Shown here one piece after another: positions 26,305 to 35,874 of a DNA stretch of 51,605 nt. Under the pieces are notes generated by a model, which did no database searches, was not told the DNA's origin, and worked only from the letters and a program-made list of their open reading frames with translations. A program made the position numbers and the translations under genes. The stretch's first letter is position 1. The number at the start of each line of letters is the position of its first letter. Source of the DNA: Leptospira biflexa (lineage in GTDB: Bacteria > Spirochaetota > UBA4802 > JAGODF01); contig DYLV01000003.1 of NCBI GenBank assembly GCA_020721925.1, forward strand, positions 1 through 51,605, given 5' to 3'.

Positions 26305-29034
26305 TTATTTTATGCTTTTTTCAATCATAAATTCTATTTTAAATTTTTCGAAGAAATAATGATTGCTCGACAGCAGATGGCTTCCGCCTCCTTGGAAAGA
26401 GATCATCTTCACGATCGGGAGTGCTTCTATCCCCTGTTTTTGTAATTCCTGGATTTGTTTTGCAATTGATGCAATTTCTTTCAATGTTACGGGCGTGGTT
26501 TTCTTTTTTCCTGGAAGAATGAATTCATAGGTCGGCGGATTGCCTTTTTGATAGCAAACGGTGGCGGAAAATGCGTTGTCTGAGGCAAACTTCCCTAAAA
26601 ATTCGGCTTCAATCAGTTTTGTGACTTCGGTAAAAGTTGATGTGCCGAACTTATCGGTTTTGAGTTTAATGATTTTAAAATTGTCTTTTAACAATATATC
26701 CCTTCCCGTTGCACGATCCACCGAGTCGGTGACTCTATTGCAAAAATCGTAAATATTGAGAAGATAGATATCCTTCATCGAAGCCGGTTTGATTAAAGAA
26801 AAAAAGTTTCCGGTTTCATTGATGATGTAGAATATAACTCTGTCGGCAGTATCTTCAAATACAACGGTGAGCGAAAAGGGACGTCTGTTCTGATAAATCG
26901 ATTGTAAAGTATTAAGTTTCTGATCATCGCCGAAAAATCGGTATTCGATTGAATTTTTTGGCTTTAAGGAAAGAGATGCGAGAAGGTTTGATATATTGTT
27001 GTGAGATTCGCATGAAATGGTAGAGCCTTCTCTGGAGAAGATGTGATATTGATTGCCCAAACGGGTGATGAACCGGGCATTATCATCCGAAGCTTTTTCG
27101 ATTATCAATGAGTATGACTCTTTAAATGTTGCGATTATTGTCTTATAAAATTTTTTATATGATTCCGGCGTCGTTATTGAGAGATAATCGTCGAATGGTC
27201 TTTTCAAGCGCAAGCCGTCATAGAGTATGTCTTTCATTATTGCGGAAAGGTCGTTTTCTGAATGATATTCACGGATGAACGATTCACCCCAGCTGGTAAA
27301 ATACAGATGGTGAATTGTTTTGATAGAGTCTGCATTTTCAACATTAAAATTAATAATAATCATGTTCAATAGTCGAAAAGACTCGGAAAGATAATATTCG
27401 TTTTTAATTTTTGTTTTTTCGGAAGAAAAGAACCCCGATATCTGATTTAATAGTTCAATGACTGAATTTTGATTTATTCTTGTATAGCCTGATTGAAGGT
27501 TGAGGCGGGTGTAGGAAGAGTCGTAAATTTTATTGAACGCCGCCCATGCTAAAAGTTTCAAGAGATTGAATTCTGTTTTGATGGTGGTTGCAACAAACGC
27601 ATCTGATTCGCTCCTGTCTCTTTTATAGAGCCGCCATTCAGGGTTTGGAATGCCCTGGTTAACCGGTTCCACATAGAGAATCGATTCCCCGGGCGTGTCT
27701 TTGAACGTGATAAGCTGATCGATTTTATCTTTTTCCCGGCGAAAATGGGTTTTAATTTTTCTGGAAAGAAGCATGAAATCGGATTCCGAAACTTTTGCCT
27801 GAAGGTTAAGGCGGGGTAGTTGCCTGGATATATTCTGATAGCTCATCAGCATGAATTTTGTGACCCGATCCCAGAAATTCATTACTTTATTAAAGTCCCA
27901 GTTGTCGAAATTGTCGAGGTCTTTGATTTCCTTCATTGTCCATTTCCACTCTTTCACGTAGCGAAGCATTGCTTTGACTTTGTAGGGGATGTTTTTCTGA
28001 TCCTTCACTCCAGCATAGCGTGAAATTTGAGGATCCGCTTTTAAATAGAGATTGAGCTTGAGAATGTCGAGAAGGGATGTATCGGAAATGGTTTTTGAAT
28101 AATAATCAAATACTTCGTGAAACATGAAAAGATATGAGTCGAGCAATGTATCGTCGATTGCTCCGCACAGGACATTGATTTTTATTTTTTGTGAAAGCAG
28201 TGATGATTCTTCTCCGAAGAGATATTTTTCCAGAACACCGAGTTTGATGATTGATTTGAACGGATTGCCCAAAGATTTGATTATCTGAAATAAAGCGGAA
28301 CCTAAAAAATCTTCTTTTGAAATTTCGTAGAGGTTCCCAAGATCGACGAAATCGCTTTCTTTCATTTCCTCAGGAAGTTTTGAGAAAAATTCGTCATAGT
28401 CTTCTCTAACGGATGTTGGCATAACCCACCAGAAGGGAATCTTTCCGGCAATGATGATCGAACTTCTGAAAAATTCGTCTTTCAATACCGCGCCAACGGT
28501 TGAACCGAAAGCCTCTTCTTCATCCTCAGCGAAAATGTTGTTTCTGATACTTTCAATATCATTTACAAAAAGATGAACGGGCACATCCAGTTCTCGGGAA
28601 GCCCATTTTTGCACAGAATCGACTTTCAGCAAAAAATTCGAAAACTGCGTGGGACTTACACTGAATTTATCCACACAGACCCAGTAATCGAAATCTGATT
28701 TTTTATTATAGGCAACAGTGCCGATGCTTCCCATTACGGCGAGCATCTGGATGAAGCGGTTTTGCGGATCAACTTCGGCCTTTACGGCAGGGTACTTGGC
28801 CTTAATAAATTTTTTTGTTTCATCATCGGGCGCGTACCCTGATATTCCAAACGGAACATCGCTTTCAATGAAACCTGGTAATTTTTTGTGGTTAATACTC
28901 AGCAAAAAGGGAATGGCGTTGACGATGCGTTTTATGTTGCTGTTCGGAAGCAATTCCTGAAATCTTTGGAATTTCAAATTATTGAACTGCTCGAATTTGG
29001 CTTTATGTTCTTTTATTATTGTAACAAAATCCAT
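26305..29034 (-). CDS. cyaA: Class I adenylate cyclase
   Basis: MGSIGT..KSDFDYWVC (DxD nucleotidyltransferase motif), VHLF, LKDEFFR, AGKIPFWW, DLG, PFKSIIKL, LLAWAAFN, YFTSWGE match class I AC landmarks. Confidence 0.85.
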   Translation of the reverse strand: MDFVTIIKEHKAKFEQFNNLKFQRFQELLPNSNIKRIVNAIPFLLSINHKKLPGFIESDVPFGISGYAPDDETKKFIKAKYPAVKAEVDPQNRFIQMLAVMGSIGTVAYNKKSDFDYWVCVDKFSVSPTQFSNFLLKVDSVQKWASRELDVPVHLFVNDIESIRNNIFAEDEEEAFGSTVGAVLKDEFFRSSIIIAGKIPFWWVMPTSVREDYDEFFSKLPEEMKESDFVDLGNLYEISKEDFLGSALFQIIKSLGNPFKSIIKLGVLEKYLFGEESSLLSQKIKINVLCGAIDDTLLDSYLFMFHEVFDYYSKTISDTSLLDILKLNLYLKADPQISRYAGVKDQKNIPYKVKAMLRYVKEWKWTMKEIKDLDNFDNWDFNKVMNFWDRVTKFMLMSYQNISRQLPRLNLQAKVSESDFMLLSRKIKTHFRREKDKIDQLITFKDTPGESILYVEPVNQGIPNPEWRLYKRDRSESDAFVATTIKTEFNLLKLLAWAAFNKIYDSSYTRLNLQSGYTRINQNSVIELLNQISGFFSSEKTKIKNEYYLSESFRLLNMIIINFNVENADSIKTIHHLYFTSWGESFIREYHSENDLSAIMKDILYDGLRLKRPFDDYLSITTPESYKKFYKTIIATFKESYSLIIEKASDDNARFITRLGNQYHIFSREGSTISCESHNNISNLLASLSLKPKNSIEYRFFGDDQKLNTLQSIYQNRRPFSLTVVFEDTADRVIFYIINETGNFFSLIKPASMKDIYLLNIYDFCNRVTDSVDRATGRDILLKDNFKIIKLKTDKFGTSTFTEVTKLIEAEFLGKFASDNAFSATVCYQKGNPPTYEFILPGKKKTTPVTLKEIASIAKQIQELQKQGIEALPIVKMISFQGGGSHLLSSNHYFFEKFKIEFMIEKSIK

Positions 29035-29274
29035 AATAGAAAAAAACACGTATAATGTTCTATGTAATTATAGCGAAGCATTCTTTCACGCGTGGGGTAA
29101 TTTTGCAAGAAATAATAATTGAAAAAGTAAGAGGTAATGATTCGTAATTATTACCCTTATGCGAAAATAATACAGCAAGGCTGTTTTTGAAAGATGATTA
29201 TATGCGACTTTATGGAAGCTGCATTCCTTACGGAAAAAAGGGGCAAATAAGGAAGTGGGGAGATAAAAATTTTA

Positions 29275-30288
29275 CTACTGAGAAATTCTGTTGAGATACG
29301 GTACAGGATCGACGAACTCGGTTCCAATCTTAACTTGATAGAAGCACTGATGACGGGATGATTTGCCGGTTTTTCCGACATATCCAATAATTTCTCCCTT
29401 TGAGACTTTATCCCCGACCTCAACGGTGACGCGCTGGCAGTGGGAGTATTGCGTCATAAATCCATATTTGTGGTTGATTGAAACGGTGAGACCGAGGACC
29501 GGATCCCAGCGCACTTCATTGATCTTTCCTGGTGCAGTTGCTCTGATTTCCGCTCCCGGAAATGCGGCAATATCGATTCCCGCATGAAATTCATTCCTGA
29601 AATTGAGGGGAGAAGATCGCATGCCAAATCGGGATATAATATATCCCTCAACCGGCCATGATGAAGGAGTATTGCTGAGAATTTTTTTTCGAGTTTCTAA
29701 AAATGCCTTAATCTTTTTCAGAACTTCCTTGCTGGTTTTGAGTTCCCGTTCGATCTCTTCGGTATTCAGAATTTCTACTGGAGGTGAGTTTGGATCATCA
29801 AGTTCTGCAGCCGGCGCGGACTGTGGATTTCCTCCTTTTGCCCAGAGCGCATCCACGTTATTTTCAGGTGTCAGCGAATATAGATAGGTTATTTCCGGTT
29901 TGAATTTCTGGAAAACATCATACAACCTGTTGATTTCTTCGCGGTATTTTTGTATCTGAATGCGAGAGTTGGATTTATACATCTTCAGCTTTGATACTTC
30001 TTTCACGGTGGAAGTGTGTCGCACTATTGCGATGGAGGTAATGGAAAGAGAAAGCACCAGTGCGATGAGAATGAAAAAAATACTGAATTTTGTCACATGA
30101 AAGTTAATGATTTTCTTCTCAGAGTGGGGTATGAACATGATGGTAATTCGTTCACGCCCTTTTTTCTGGAAGTCGTCCCACCAGAACTGCAATTTCTTTT
30201 GCTTTGCATCGAAATGGCGATGCAAAAAATCAATTATATCGGCCTGGAGGTCGCTTAAATTTGATTCTTTAAAAGGATTTAATCCCAT
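29275..30288 (-). CDS. Membrane-anchored coiled-coil M23/LytM protein with degenerate active site
   Basis: ITIMFIPHSEKK, TM helix, coiled coil, TPSSWPVEG, HAGID; GPHLH replaced by RHQCF. Confidence 0.85.
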   Translation of the reverse strand: MGLNPFKESNLSDLQADIIDFLHRHFDAKQKKLQFWWDDFQKKGRERITIMFIPHSEKKIINFHVTKFSIFFILIALVLSLSITSIAIVRHTSTVKEVSKLKMYKSNSRIQIQKYREEINRLYDVFQKFKPEITYLYSLTPENNVDALWAKGGNPQSAPAAELDDPNSPPVEILNTEEIERELKTSKEVLKKIKAFLETRKKILSNTPSSWPVEGYIISRFGMRSSPLNFRNEFHAGIDIAAFPGAEIRATAPGKINEVRWDPVLGLTVSINHKYGFMTQYSHCQRVTVEVGDKVSKGEIIGYVGKTGKSSRHQCFYQVKIGTEFVDPVPYLNRISQ

Positions 30289-30768
30289 ATTGTCCGAGCC
30301 GAATTATTTTATTAAATTTTATTCGTAAATGACTTAATAATGTTTTTACTCGCATCACATTGAGCAATCATTTTTTCAAACATTGGATTCCCTCCGAGTT
30401 TCATCAACATGACGCGTATTCTTATTCCGATTTTCTCAGGGCGCTTTATATTGTTTCAGTCATTGACTATAGAAATAAATTATACATATTTAAAATGGGT
30501 ACACAACACTAATTTTACATAAATGTAAGGAAAAAATCACTCATCCCCCCGTTACTATCATTTTCGGCTTTTCGGTTTCCGTCAATAATTTTTTTATGCG
30601 AAGTTACCCGGCATATACATATCCGGCAGATAACAGATGAAAAGTTTATATTGAAAAGCCAGACGGTAGTGGTCAGGAAAGAAATGGTTGACATATATGT
30701 CGGTTAATAGAGGCATATTCATGCGTTTGTTTGTACGATTCGGTTTTTTTGATCGGACGGTAATTCTC

Positions 30769-31668
30769 ATGAACAGAGATCTGTATTTCGATCTCAAACA
30801 GATAAAATCCTTCATTGAGGTGGTTCGCACGAAAAGCTTTACCAGAGCTTCGCGCATTCTCGGCCTTGGCCAGACCACCATCAGTCATCATGTAGGGCAG
30901 CTGGAGAAGAATCTGGGTATTAACCTCATCGAACGATCAACGAAAAGTTTTATTCTGACGAAGGCCGGGCAGGCTTTTTATCGCTTTTGCGAAAAGATGA
31001 TGGGGGATCTTGAAAATCTCGAGCACGAGATGGGGGATGAACGAATGCCGATAGCGGTCACAATTGCAGCAAGCACTATTCCCTCCGCATACATCATTCC
31101 AAAAGCGCTGCCGCGTGTGCTGGGGAAAATCACACATGTGAAATATCGCATCAAAGTCTACGACAGTCGGGAAGCCATAGAGCAGGTAAAAGAGCGGGAG
31201 GCGGATGCGGCCGTTGTCGGAAGAATCATCAAACATCCGCACTTATCCTATACCGAGATATGGGAGGATGAGATCGTCCTGGTCTGCCTGAAAAATGCGC
31301 ATCCTTCGAAAATTTCAGCAAACGACATCGCAAAAATTCCATTGGTCATTCGGGAGAAAGGTTCCGGGACGCGGCACTCCTATGAAGAGGCGCTGAACCG
31401 CTGCGGGGTGTATCTTCCAGATTTGAAAGTGGTGATGGAATGTTCCACGTCGGAGATGGCGAAAGAAGCGGTGCTTTCAGGGGCGGGTGCTTCTTTTATA
31501 TCGATTCTGGCCGTGGAACGTGAATTAAAATCTGGCATCTTACAGATCATTGAAGTTAAAGGAGTAAAAATACGACGAAAATTTTATTTTGTGGCGCTGA
31601 AGGGGAAAAAATTGGAAAAACCGGTCCAACAGCTGTATGAAGTGCTGAAAGAAAATATCAGAGCGTAA
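30769..31668 (+). CDS. LysR-family transcriptional regulator (CysL-like clade)
   Basis: HTH SFTRASRILGLGQTTISHHVGQLE; ASTIP and REKGSGTR motifs. Confidence 0.92.
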   Translation: MNRDLYFDLKQIKSFIEVVRTKSFTRASRILGLGQTTISHHVGQLEKNLGINLIERSTKSFILTKAGQAFYRFCEKMMGDLENLEHEMGDERMPIAVTIAASTIPSAYIIPKALPRVLGKITHVKYRIKVYDSREAIEQVKEREADAAVVGRIIKHPHLSYTEIWEDEIVLVCLKNAHPSKISANDIAKIPLVIREKGSGTRHSYEEALNRCGVYLPDLKVVMECSTSEMAKEAVLSGAGASFISILAVERELKSGILQIIEVKGVKIRRKFYFVALKGKKLEKPVQQLYEVLKENIRA

Positions 31669-31716
31669 AGCGGTGAAGAGTTGTGATGGACACTACAATC
31701 GTGGAGCACGAATAAC

Positions 31717-33192
31717 ATGAAAGACCTGAAAAAACTATTTTATCCGGAATCGGTGGCAGTCATCGGCGCGTCCGAAAACATGCTCAAATGGGGCTCAATT
31801 ATTATTTCAAACATTATGGCGGGGGGATTCAGCGGAGAAGTCCATCCTGTTTCCACTTCGAGCGAGGTGGTGTATGGGAGAAAAGTGAGCAAGACAATTG
31901 CCGACATTGGCAAACCGGTGGATTTGGCGGTGATAACCGTGCCTGCACATTCCGTCCTGGCAGTATTGGCGCAGTGCGCTTCAGTGGATGTGAAAAATAT
32001 TGTGATTGTTTCATCCGGTTTTAGCGAAACGAACCAGGCCGGGAAGGAACTTGAGAAGAAACTGAGCGATTTCGCACATACGCACGGGATGAATATCGTC
32101 GGCCCCAACACGATGGGGATGGCGAATTTTAAAATCAATCTTCATGCGATGTTTTCACACGTGCGTCTTATCCCCGGCGGCATATCGCTTATGGCGCAGA
32201 GCGGCAATGTGGGAAATCAGATTATGTACTGGGCGGAACAGCAGCACATAGGGCTCAGCAAATTTGTCGGGTCAGGAAATGAAGCGGTGCTCATGTGTGA
32301 AGATTATCTGGATTATTTCAATTCGGACAGCGATACCTCAGTCATCATCATGTATGTGGAAGGGGTGGATAACGGCAGGTCGTTTATGGAAGCAGCCAGA
32401 AGGACTACGCCGAACAAGCCGGTGGTGCTTTTAAAAGGAGGAAGGACGGGCATTGGTTCCAAAGCTGCCATGAGCCATACCGGTGCGCTTGCCGGCAGCA
32501 TCCGCATTTTTAAATCTGCTATGGAACAGTGCGGTGTGTGCATGGTGAATACACAGTCGGAAATGCTCACGTTGGCTGCCGCCTTCGATACCATGCCGCT
32601 TCCAAAAGGCAACAGGATCGGCGTGGTGACGCTCGGGGGAGGATGGGGAGTTATTACCGCCGACGAGTGTGAAGAGCATGGTCTGGTGCTTCCCCCGCTA
32701 TCGGAAGATGTAAGGGAACGTCTCAATGCGATGTTGCCTGATTTCTGGAGTAAAGGTAATCCGGTCGATCTTGTAGGCCAGCCCGATCCGCATCTTTTCA
32801 GGGAATCGGTCGAGGCTATGGCGGCTTCAGATTCGTATGATGCAATCATATTTTTGGGCGTCATCAATTCATTCAAAACGGTACTGCGGCTTTACAATGC
32901 CACAATCAAGCTCGGCAAAGATGTGCAGATGGATCTTGCAGAAATGGAACGACACCTTGATGGGCTTCAGTCCGCCTTTCTTGACACCATTGCGGAATTG
33001 ATGGAGAAATACGAAAAGCCGATTTATCCCGTTGCATTGGTATCGCCGCCCGACCAACCTGTCGTTCACCGTTCGCAGAGGCAAGGAAAATACAGCGCAA
33101 TGATTTTCAAAACACCAGAAGAGGCTGTGAGGTGTCTGGCAAAGCAGTATGGATATGCAAAATATCTGCATAAAATTGGGAGGTTGCAATGA
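31717..33192 (+). CDS. ADP-forming acetate/acyl-CoA ligase, alpha subunit
   Basis: PESVAVIGAS, GPNTMG, AQSGN, SHTGALAG (phospho-His), NPVDL motifs. Confidence 0.9.
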   Translation: MKDLKKLFYPESVAVIGASENMLKWGSIIISNIMAGGFSGEVHPVSTSSEVVYGRKVSKTIADIGKPVDLAVITVPAHSVLAVLAQCASVDVKNIVIVSSGFSETNQAGKELEKKLSDFAHTHGMNIVGPNTMGMANFKINLHAMFSHVRLIPGGISLMAQSGNVGNQIMYWAEQQHIGLSKFVGSGNEAVLMCEDYLDYFNSDSDTSVIIMYVEGVDNGRSFMEAARRTTPNKPVVLLKGGRTGIGSKAAMSHTGALAGSIRIFKSAMEQCGVCMVNTQSEMLTLAAAFDTMPLPKGNRIGVVTLGGGWGVITADECEEHGLVLPPLSEDVRERLNAMLPDFWSKGNPVDLVGQPDPHLFRESVEAMAASDSYDAIIFLGVINSFKTVLRLYNATIKLGKDVQMDLAEMERHLDGLQSAFLDTIAELMEKYEKPIYPVALVSPPDQPVVHRSQRQGKYSAMIFKTPEEAVRCLAKQYGYAKYLHKIGRLQ

Positions 33193-33863
33193 AAGAGATT
33201 ATCCTTGAAGCAATGAATAAGAAGCAGAAAGCCCTTTCGGAGTACGACTCAAAACGCGTGATTGCGAAAGCGGGAGTAACGATAACAAGAGAAATTCTTG
33301 TGAAAACAAAGGAAGAGGCGGTAAAGGCGGCAATGGATATCGGCATGCCGGTGGCGCTCAAAGGCTGTTCTCCAGAATTGATGCATAAAACTGAGTACGG
33401 TATGGTGAAAGTAGGTCTTCATACAAAAGAGGAGGTCAGCATTGCATTCGAAGAATTGATGAACAGGGGGATGAAACTGGATGGCGTGCTTGTGCAGGAA
33501 ATGGTCGATGGGGATCGTTTATTTGTCATCGGTCTGACCAGAGATGCGCAGTTTGGCCCCTGTGTAATGTTCGGACTTGGCGGTGTATTTACCGAGGTTT
33601 TGCATGATGTAAGTTTTCGGGTTGCTCCTATTACCATGGATGACGCCTATGAAATGATAGAAGAAATACGCACAAAGGAAATACTCGGGTCTTTCCGCGG
33701 TAGTCCCGCGGTTAACAAAGCGCTTCTTGCGAAAGCGCTGGTGGGGGTGGGTAATTTAGGAGTTGAATTCAATGAAATCGCCGAAATTGATATCAATCCT
33801 CTCATCGTGTGCGATGACCGTCCGATAGCGGTGGACGCATTGGTGGTTCTTCAAAACTCATAG
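33189..33863 (+). CDS. ADP-forming acyl-CoA ligase, beta (ATP-grasp) subunit
   Basis: LSEYDSK, HKTEYG, FGPCVMFGLGG, EIDINPL motifs; ATGA overlap with the alpha subunit. Confidence 0.9.
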   Translation: MKEIILEAMNKKQKALSEYDSKRVIAKAGVTITREILVKTKEEAVKAAMDIGMPVALKGCSPELMHKTEYGMVKVGLHTKEEVSIAFEELMNRGMKLDGVLVQEMVDGDRLFVIGLTRDAQFGPCVMFGLGGVFTEVLHDVSFRVAPITMDDAYEMIEEIRTKEILGSFRGSPAVNKALLAKALVGVGNLGVEFNEIAEIDINPLIVCDDRPIAVDALVVLQNS

Positions 33864-34116
33864 GCGATACGTATGTGTCACTGTGCTTTGAAATTACATG
33901 CGCGGAATCAGTAAATCTTCATATGGGACATTCAATGGTATTGGTGTTTGCCCATTGTGTCTCAGAAACACCATGTATTGGGTGCGTTTGGCTGCTGTTT
34001 TTTTATTGCAAAAAACTTAAATGGAATATATATGTCCATCCCGAACGATCAAATCGTGATGGTTGTTTATGCACCATCATTTTTATTATTAGACCATTAT
34101 TGGAGAGTATGTGAAA

Positions 34117-35316
34117 ATGAGCGGCAAACCTAAAGGAAATAAAGTCGGGATTTTGTTCTCAGGAGGGCCGGCGCCGAGCGCGAATACGGTGATTTCATCC
34201 ACCGCGCTGAATTTTTTGGATCATAACATTCCCGTGATTGGGTTTTATCGAGGGTATGAATTTATCCAGGACTTCAATATCAACAATCCGAGGCTTCGCA
34301 AAGGAACTCATTTTGAAGAAATAACGTATGATATCACCAGGTTCAGAAATGACCGTGGGATTTATCTTAAAACTTCGCGGGCAAATCCCGGAAAAGAAAT
34401 TAAATCAATGAAGGACCTTCAGAATTCGGAAAAAAATATCAGATTGCGAAATATACTTCAGGCTTGTGATTACCTCGACATCGGGACACTGGTTTCAATT
34501 GGCGGTGATGATACTCTGAAAACGGCGAACTATCTATATCTTATGGGCATGCCGATCATACATATCCCCAAGACGATTGATAATGACTACTACGGCATAC
34601 CATGGACGTTCGGATACTGGACGGCTGTGGATACTGCGCAGAAAATCATGCTGAATCTCAAGGCTGATGCGCAGGCGACCGACAGCTTTTTCATTGTAGA
34701 ACTGATGGGCCGCAAAGCAGGCTGGATCACCTACGCAGCCGGCATCTCTGCCGAAGCGATCCTCATGATTTCAAGCGAAGATATTGAATCGGATACGATG
34801 AACGTTGACGAGATTGTGGAAAAAATCACCGATACCATCATTGCGCGGGAAAACAATCGCAGACCCTATGGAGTGATTGCGATTGCGGAAGGGCTGGCGG
34901 ATAAACTTCCGGAAGGGCTGAAGCCCACAGAGACCGATCGCCACGGAAATGTGATCTTTTCAAAGGCTAACATTTCCCAGATTCTGGCCGACCGTGTGAA
35001 AGTTCTCTATAAGGAAAAAACGGGACTTGAAGTGAAAATCAATGCGAAACAGATAGGATATGAAACTCGTGCTTCGGCCCCCATCAGTTTCGATGTGGTG
35101 ATGGGAAGCATGCTCGGCTATGGCGCATATAAATTTTACCGTGAAAACATTTTCGGCGTGATGGTCTCTGTCACCGATAATTTCGACCTGAAGGCGGTCC
35201 CGTTCAACCAGCTCATCGATGATCAGACGCTTAAAACGAAGCTCAGGCTTGTTCCAAAGGGGAGCGATTTTTTTACCTTGAAAGAGCGTCTCTCGTTTAG
35301 AAAAATCTGGGATTGA
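34117..35316 (+). CDS. 6-phosphofructokinase, probably PPi-dependent
   Basis: SGGPAP, GGDDT, PKTIDND, ELMGR motifs; the GGDD Asp and PKTIDND Lys are the PPi-type signature. Confidence 0.88.
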   Translation: MSGKPKGNKVGILFSGGPAPSANTVISSTALNFLDHNIPVIGFYRGYEFIQDFNINNPRLRKGTHFEEITYDITRFRNDRGIYLKTSRANPGKEIKSMKDLQNSEKNIRLRNILQACDYLDIGTLVSIGGDDTLKTANYLYLMGMPIIHIPKTIDNDYYGIPWTFGYWTAVDTAQKIMLNLKADAQATDSFFIVELMGRKAGWITYAAGISAEAILMISSEDIESDTMNVDEIVEKITDTIIARENNRRPYGVIAIAEGLADKLPEGLKPTETDRHGNVIFSKANISQILADRVKVLYKEKTGLEVKINAKQIGYETRASAPISFDVVMGSMLGYGAYKFYRENIFGVMVSVTDNFDLKAVPFNQLIDDQTLKTKLRLVPKGSDFFTLKERLSFRKIWD

Positions 35317-35576
35317 TGATGTGCTTTTGAACTGAGCGCCGCCCTGTTTTAGTTGAAATGCATTGTGGCTACTCATGATTTATATATGAACATCGCAAGA
35401 GAGATATCCTGCTTATGATCCAGACTGCGACGTAGATGAGGAGAAAGAAATTGATGCCATAGCCGCACAGTTGTTTGCAGGAATGATTTTTGGAGTGAGA
35501 GCGGGTATGGAATTTGCGATTGGAGTGGCATTTTGACAGAAATGTATTAGAAAAGCAATCGCTGCTATTTTTTCAC

Positions 35577-35612
35577 ATCAAAGTCCCGCGATGAAAGGCG
35601 CGGGACTTTGAT
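35577..35612. terminator. Strong hairpin, likely terminator
   Basis: ATCAAAGTCCCGCG / CGCGGGACTTTGAT perfect 14-bp stem with 8-nt loop. Confidence 0.7.
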
Positions 35613-35793
35613 ATTAAAGTAAGTACAATAGTTTACGTGTGCGCAGTGGATATGATGAATTTTACAATGATTGCTGTTAACCAGATGATAATAAGGGAAC
35701 CTCTAAAACTGTTTTACATAAGATGTTGATTTGTAAGGATTAAAGCTTTTAGATTAAAATATGGGAAAACATCTGAGAATGAAAAACTAAAAG

Positions 35794-35822
35794 TTGACAG
35801 GATGGCAAGTTATAGTTATATA
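35794..35822 (+). promoter_or_regulatory. Sigma70-type promoter
   Basis: TTGACA-17 nt-TATATA upstream of the small secreted protein gene. Confidence 0.55.
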
Positions 35823-35874
35823 TATATTACCGTTAATGGATTTTCATTAACAGCGGTACAATGTCAAGGAGGTT

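Noticed and set aside
35375-35536. In-frame TGA at 35387 as possible selenocysteine
   Set aside because: No selenoprotein-like context and no evident SECIS; a gene remnant is simpler
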